Source: a virus
Lineage: Duplodnaviria > Caudoviricetes
Length of the DNA: 27,641 nt
Strand: one strand, 5' to 3'
IMG/VR virus record: IMGVR_UViG_3300032227_000069
Coordinates: 1-27,641 of that record
The notes under the pieces are model-generated. The model saw nothing but the letters and a program-made list of their open reading frames with translations, searched no databases and was not told where the DNA came from. Below are positions 24,118 through 27,641 of the stretch, one piece after another. The translations under genes were made by a program, and so were the position numbers. Each line of letters starts with the position of its first letter. The stretch's first letter is position 1.

Positions 24118-25093
24118 CTTTTAATATTTCATCAAATGCTTGAGTTAGCTGGCCTTGTCGGTCAGCTTCTCTTGCTGTAGCTCCCATTTGAGTGTAATCA
24201 GGTCTTTCAAAATATTTACGGTCTATTCCTTCTGTAGATAATCCTGGTCTTACCTTTAATCCTGGAATTGTGCTTTTGGCTTTATCTACCATTTCTTGCA
24301 AGCTTACAGAATCATCCCAACCACCTTTAAATATCAATCCTTCTCCGCCGGCTCTGTGTTGAACAACGGTATCGCCAAAACCACCTAATGCTTTATTTAA
24401 TTCTTTAATATCTTCATTTGTTAAAGGTTTGCCATTTCTAGTAAGTAATGCTGCATTTCCTTTGGATAAATCGCCATAAGGCAATGGCGTCACTCTAGTA
24501 ACTGCTGCTCCTGCTTGCTCAAGGTTTTCTGCGGTCTGGGCTACATCTTTTAATAATGAAGGATTTTTTCCTACATTTAAAGTTCTTTGCGCTTTAGCTA
24601 CAAACAATGGATTGCTTTCACCCTCCCAAAATCCTTGTCTTTGCGCTACATCACGCAATAGCGATGGGCTGGCTGCTGTTTCGTAACGCTGACGGCTTAA
24701 TAATTCAGCTTCAGGATTACCAGAAGCATTTAAAAGTGTTTTGCTAGGTGTTACTGCCGCTTCTGTAGTAACTTGAGGCCGATACAACGGGCTTGCTGCT
24801 CTAGCTAATACTTGAGGATTTTTTGCCAATAATGCTGCTCCTGGCGCTGCCATCAACGCTGCATTGGCTAAATCACCGTAATTTTGACCTTGTTCGTATG
24901 CCGCATAATTAGGGTCTGTGATTGGGTTTTTAGGCTGCATCGACGGCAAACCTGTTGCAGATTCTAAAAATCCTGTAACAGCTCCAGCCTTTCTAGGTTT
25001 ATTTAAACCCACTTGCATTTGAGGATAACCAACATAGGCTTGTTGTCCGTCATTTAAACGAAGTAAATCAGCCAATTCTTTTAAAGTTGCCAT
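24095..25093 (-). CDS. Hypothetical protein (332 aa), possibly capsid-packaged
   Basis: Long ORF colinear with the late genes; Ala/Gly-rich N-terminal region resembling the ejection proteins, followed by a globular C-terminal part. Confidence 0.75.
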   Translation of the reverse strand: MATLKELADLLRLNDGQQAYVGYPQMQVGLNKPRKAGAVTGFLESATGLPSMQPKNPITDPNYAAYEQGQNYGDLANAALMAAPGAALLAKNPQVLARAASPLYRPQVTTEAAVTPSKTLLNASGNPEAELLSRQRYETAASPSLLRDVAQRQGFWEGESNPLFVAKAQRTLNVGKNPSLLKDVAQTAENLEQAGAAVTRVTPLPYGDLSKGNAALLTRNGKPLTNEDIKELNKALGGFGDTVVQHRAGGEGLIFKGGWDDSVSLQEMVDKAKSTIPGLKVRPGLSTEGIDRKYFERPDYTQMGATAREADRQGQLTQAFDEILKAKGYRQE

Positions 25094-25101
25094 AACAAAT
25101 C

Positions 25102-25329
25102 CTATGCAATGTCGGGGTCGTGAATCTTATTCATAGCAGCGTGTAATGCTTGTTTACGCTTCATGCGCTGATTGGCTTTTTTGTCAAGAATGTCGTATTC
25201 GCTATCTACTTCTAGCTCTGGCGGTTTCTTTTTGTTTTGGCGCTTTGCTTGCATCTTGTCTAATGTGGACTCATGCTCTGAGCGCAACATAGCGTCTGCT
25301 TTTTTGTAATTGCGTGTCATGTGTTTCAT
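25102..25329 (-). CDS. Small basic hypothetical protein
   Basis: 75 aa, K/R-rich; TAATG coupling to the upstream gene. Confidence 0.75.
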   Translation of the reverse strand: MKHMTRNYKKADAMLRSEHESTLDKMQAKRQNKKKPPELEVDSEYDILDKKANQRMKRKQALHAAMNKIHDPDIA

Positions 25330-25499
25330 TACATATCCTTCATTTTTTCAGTAATGACTTCTTTTCTTGTCTTGGCGGCCTGTTTAAAGTCTGAAGCACT
25401 TGGCGCACCTTTGCTACCAGCTTTGCGCATTTTTTCGCCAGAACCTTTGGCTATACGCTCACGCTTAGCGTGAATATTGGCATAAAGACCAGGTTTCAT
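25329..25499 (-). CDS. Small basic conserved phage protein (56 aa)
   Basis: Not in the ORF track: MKPGLYANIHAKRERIAKGSGEKMRKAGSKGAPSASDFKQAAKTRKEVITEKMKDM; ATGA and TAATG overlaps fill the gap exactly. Confidence 0.88.
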   Translation of the reverse strand: MKPGLYANIHAKRERIAKGSGEKMRKAGSKGAPSASDFKQAAKTRKEVITEKMKDM

Positions 25500-25687
25500 T
25501 CTGCTTCACGCTTACCAAGAAAACGACCATAAGCTTCTTCTAAAGTAGCTTTACGCTTTCCTTTAGCATTATCACGCTCAACATTGAGAGCAATGGCGAC
25601 TGCCTGTTTTTTAGGCTTACCAGCTTTCATTTCAGCTTTGATGTTTTTACCTACGGATTGGGCTGAGCCAGACTTGTCTAAAGGCAT
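25496..25687 (-). CDS. Small basic conserved phage protein
   Basis: MPL...NIKAEMKAGKPKKQAVAIAL motif; SD TAAGGA. Confidence 0.85.
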   Translation of the reverse strand: MPLDKSGSAQSVGKNIKAEMKAGKPKKQAVAIALNVERDNAKGKRKATLEEAYGRFLGKREAE

Positions 25688-25696
25688 GGTAATTCC

Positions 25697-26056
25697 TTAT
25701 TTAAGGTTAACTAGCTTATAGACAGTAGTGTCGATTAATTCGGCTATTCCATCAATAAGGTTTTGAATTGGGGTTTCTTGCGGCAAATCTTTGCGAGCTT
25801 CTTCTACAAATTTTTGCAATGATTTCATATACTTAACTGGGTCAGTCGGCTGATGGTATACGCTAGGAAACTTAGTAATCTTCTCATAGCAACCCATATA
25901 CACTTCAACCAAGCCATCGGTCAAATCTACAATTTCATCGTAGTATGTGCCAAGAGCCATGTGTTTACTGAAGGAATCGGTAGACCAATGAAAGAAATGG
26001 GTATTAGTTGCGCTGTGCAACAGGGTAGCGGCAAATAAAGCCATGTTTTCATTCAT
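25697..26056 (-). CDS. Ferritin/Dps-like four-helix-bundle protein
   Basis: THFFHW...SFSKHMALGTYYDEIVDLTDGLVEVYMG...DTTVYKL follows the Dps-type HW...H...D..xE ligand pattern. Confidence 0.8.
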   Translation of the reverse strand: MNENMALFAATLLHSATNTHFFHWSTDSFSKHMALGTYYDEIVDLTDGLVEVYMGCYEKITKFPSVYHQPTDPVKYMKSLQKFVEEARKDLPQETPIQNLIDGIAELIDTTVYKLVNLK

Positions 26057-26057
26057 A

Positions 26058-26345
26058 TTAACTCTCCATTTCGTACAATTTTAGCACTTCTATAGCTTCT
26101 TGCACGGAATTTACCCTGTGTAATGGGCCACCTCGCCAATTAGCAAAAAGCGTTATTTGCAGAGGAGTTAGCTTTTTATCTTCCCCATCCTTAACTTCTA
26201 TTAAAATGGTTTGTTCTTCGTAGCACACCATCAAGTCAGGGATTCCTCCACCGACTGTATGTAAAAGGAAAACATCAGCACCATAATCTCGTAGCGCTTT
26301 TACAACATCCTTTTGATTTTTATCAACTTTTTTAATGTAAGACAT
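26058..26345 (-). CDS. PD-(D/E)XK endonuclease (VRR-NUC / resolvase-like)
   Basis: VDKNQ...GIPDLMV...ILIEVKDG...LTPLQ catalytic motif. Confidence 0.88.
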   Translation of the reverse strand: MSYIKKVDKNQKDVVKALRDYGADVFLLHTVGGGIPDLMVCYEEQTILIEVKDGEDKKLTPLQITLFANWRGGPLHRVNSVQEAIEVLKLYEMES

Positions 26346-26390
26346 AATAATATGTTAGTGTTTAGCAACTTACAGTATAAGGGGAATTGA

Positions 26391-27350
26391 ATGGCTGGCT
26401 ATCATTTATCAGATGAAGAATGGATTTTAGAATGGAAAAAAATAGGCAGCCCACAAAAGTTTGCTGAAATCCATAAAAATGATGTGCGGTCTGTTTATAA
26501 CCGCAGACGCTCAATAGAAACTAGACTAGGTATTGAATTACCTTCTTTTAATGACCAAAGAGTAAGCATAGTAAAGAAAGTAGAGCAAACAGAAGGACAT
26601 ACACGCAGGGGATTTGACCTTGAATCTGGGCGTATTATAGTTTTTTCTGACGCTCATTTTTGGCCTGACATTACTACTACAGCATTTAAAGCATTATTAG
26701 AAGCTATTAAAGAATATAAGCCTACTGCCATTATTTGTAATGGTGATGCTTTTGATGGCGCAGGAATTAGTCGCCATCCTCGTATGGACTTTGACAAATT
26801 ACCTAGCGTTAAACAAGAATTAGAAGCTTGCCAAGATTATTTAGGGCAAATTGAAGCAGTAGCCAAGGGCGCTAAAATGTTTTGGCCTTTAGGCAACCAT
26901 GACATGAGGTTTACCGCCAATGTGGTGAACTTTCTTCCTGCGTTTGAAGGTGTGCCTGGCACAAGCCTAAAAGAATACTTCCCACGCTGGCAACCATGTT
27001 GGTCAGTTTGGATTAATGAAGATGTTTGTATTAAGCATCGTTGGAAAGGTGGCTGGACAGGCGGCAGAAACAACGCTGTCAATGCTGGTGTCACAATGGT
27101 TACAGGACACACCCATGTATTGTCTAGTATTCCCTACAACGATTATAACGGCACACGATATGGCGTTCAGACAGGGACTTTAGCTGACCCAAATGGGCCA
27201 CAGTTTAATTACACAGAAGACACACCTAAAGATTGGAACTCAGGGTTTGCTATGTTGACATTTGAGCGCAGCAAATTACTTCAGCCAGAATTGTTTAGGG
27301 TTTGGGGTGAGGATGAAGTCGAATTTCGTGGAAAGATTTATGGGGTATGA
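26391..27350 (+). CDS. Calcineurin-like metallophosphoesterase with N-terminal HTH-like segment
   Basis: All five motifs present: SDAH, NGDAFD, GNHD, KH, GHTH; SD AAGGGG. Confidence 0.93.
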   Translation: MAGYHLSDEEWILEWKKIGSPQKFAEIHKNDVRSVYNRRRSIETRLGIELPSFNDQRVSIVKKVEQTEGHTRRGFDLESGRIIVFSDAHFWPDITTTAFKALLEAIKEYKPTAIICNGDAFDGAGISRHPRMDFDKLPSVKQELEACQDYLGQIEAVAKGAKMFWPLGNHDMRFTANVVNFLPAFEGVPGTSLKEYFPRWQPCWSVWINEDVCIKHRWKGGWTGGRNNAVNAGVTMVTGHTHVLSSIPYNDYNGTRYGVQTGTLADPNGPQFNYTEDTPKDWNSGFAMLTFERSKLLQPELFRVWGEDEVEFRGKIYGV

Positions 27351-27641
27351 AACTTACGCCAGCTATTCTTAAAAATTTATACAGCGCCATATATTGTATG
27401 AAACCTTTTGACAGGTGGGCTATGCCTTTGCCTGACGCTATTCGTTTTGTAGTGGACAAAGACCCACAGGTAATGGGAACTTATTTATATGATGATGGAG
27501 AAAAATGGGAACACACCATTACTATTTCTTCTGCTCGGTGTGGTCATTTAGACACGGTAATGCGAGTGCTTTGCCATGAGTGCATACATATGAGCCGTCA
27601 CAAGACAAGTAAATGGACTCACCACGACAAGGAGTTTCGTA
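27347..27641 (+). CDS. SprT-like zinc metalloprotease (3' end truncated by window)
   Basis: Not in the ORF track: MKLTPAILKNLY...TITISSARCGHLDTVMRVLCHECIHMSRHKTSKWTHHDKEFR, with HExxH plus downstream HxxxF; ATGA overlap with the phosphoesterase. Confidence 0.85.
   Translation, partial: MKLTPAILKNLYSAIYCMKPFDRWAMPLPDAIRFVVDKDPQVMGTYLYDDGEKWEHTITISSARCGHLDTVMRVLCHECIHMSRHKTSKWTHHDKEFR

Noticed and set aside
26837-27112. 91-aa minus-strand ORF
   Set aside because: Antisense to the intact metallophosphoesterase gene.
1-27641. Alternative genetic code, tRNA genes, introns/inteins, integrase
   Set aside because: Genes tile densely under the standard code with TAA, TGA and TAG all used as stops; intergenic gaps are short and show no cloverleaf; TerL, portal and capsid genes are uninterrupted; no recombinase is present in the window.

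Overview
This window is about 27.6 kb of a tailed dsDNA phage genome with podovirus-type organisation (P22/BPP-1-like: no tape measure, tail tube or sheath gene). Almost all genes lie on the minus strand. Read in their direction of transcription, they are: PD-(D/E)XK nuclease, ferritin/Dps-like protein, three small basic proteins, a 332-aa unknown, terminase small and large subunits, portal, a fibre plus glycosyltransferase module, scaffold, major capsid, decoration protein, HhH protein, head-tail adaptor, tail hub, GNAT protein, four ejection proteins, a tail fibre with intramolecular chaperone, small proteins, holin(s) and a GH108 endolysin cut by the window edge. Two blocks run on the plus strand: an AT-rich five-gene cassette ending in an XRE-HTH gene beside terS, and a metallophosphoesterase plus HExxH protease pair at the right edge. 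The best leads are (1) the counter-oriented cassette with acr-aca-like architecture and a palindrome-rich promoter, (2) a GT9-like glycosyltransferase coupled to Ser/Thr/Gly-rich fibre genes in the head module, whose conserved N-terminus has no canonical start codon, and (3) an L-A-x-[A/L]-L-R motif shared by the ejection proteins and the distant 332-aa protein. All family calls come from motif recognition and synteny by eye; no searches were run.
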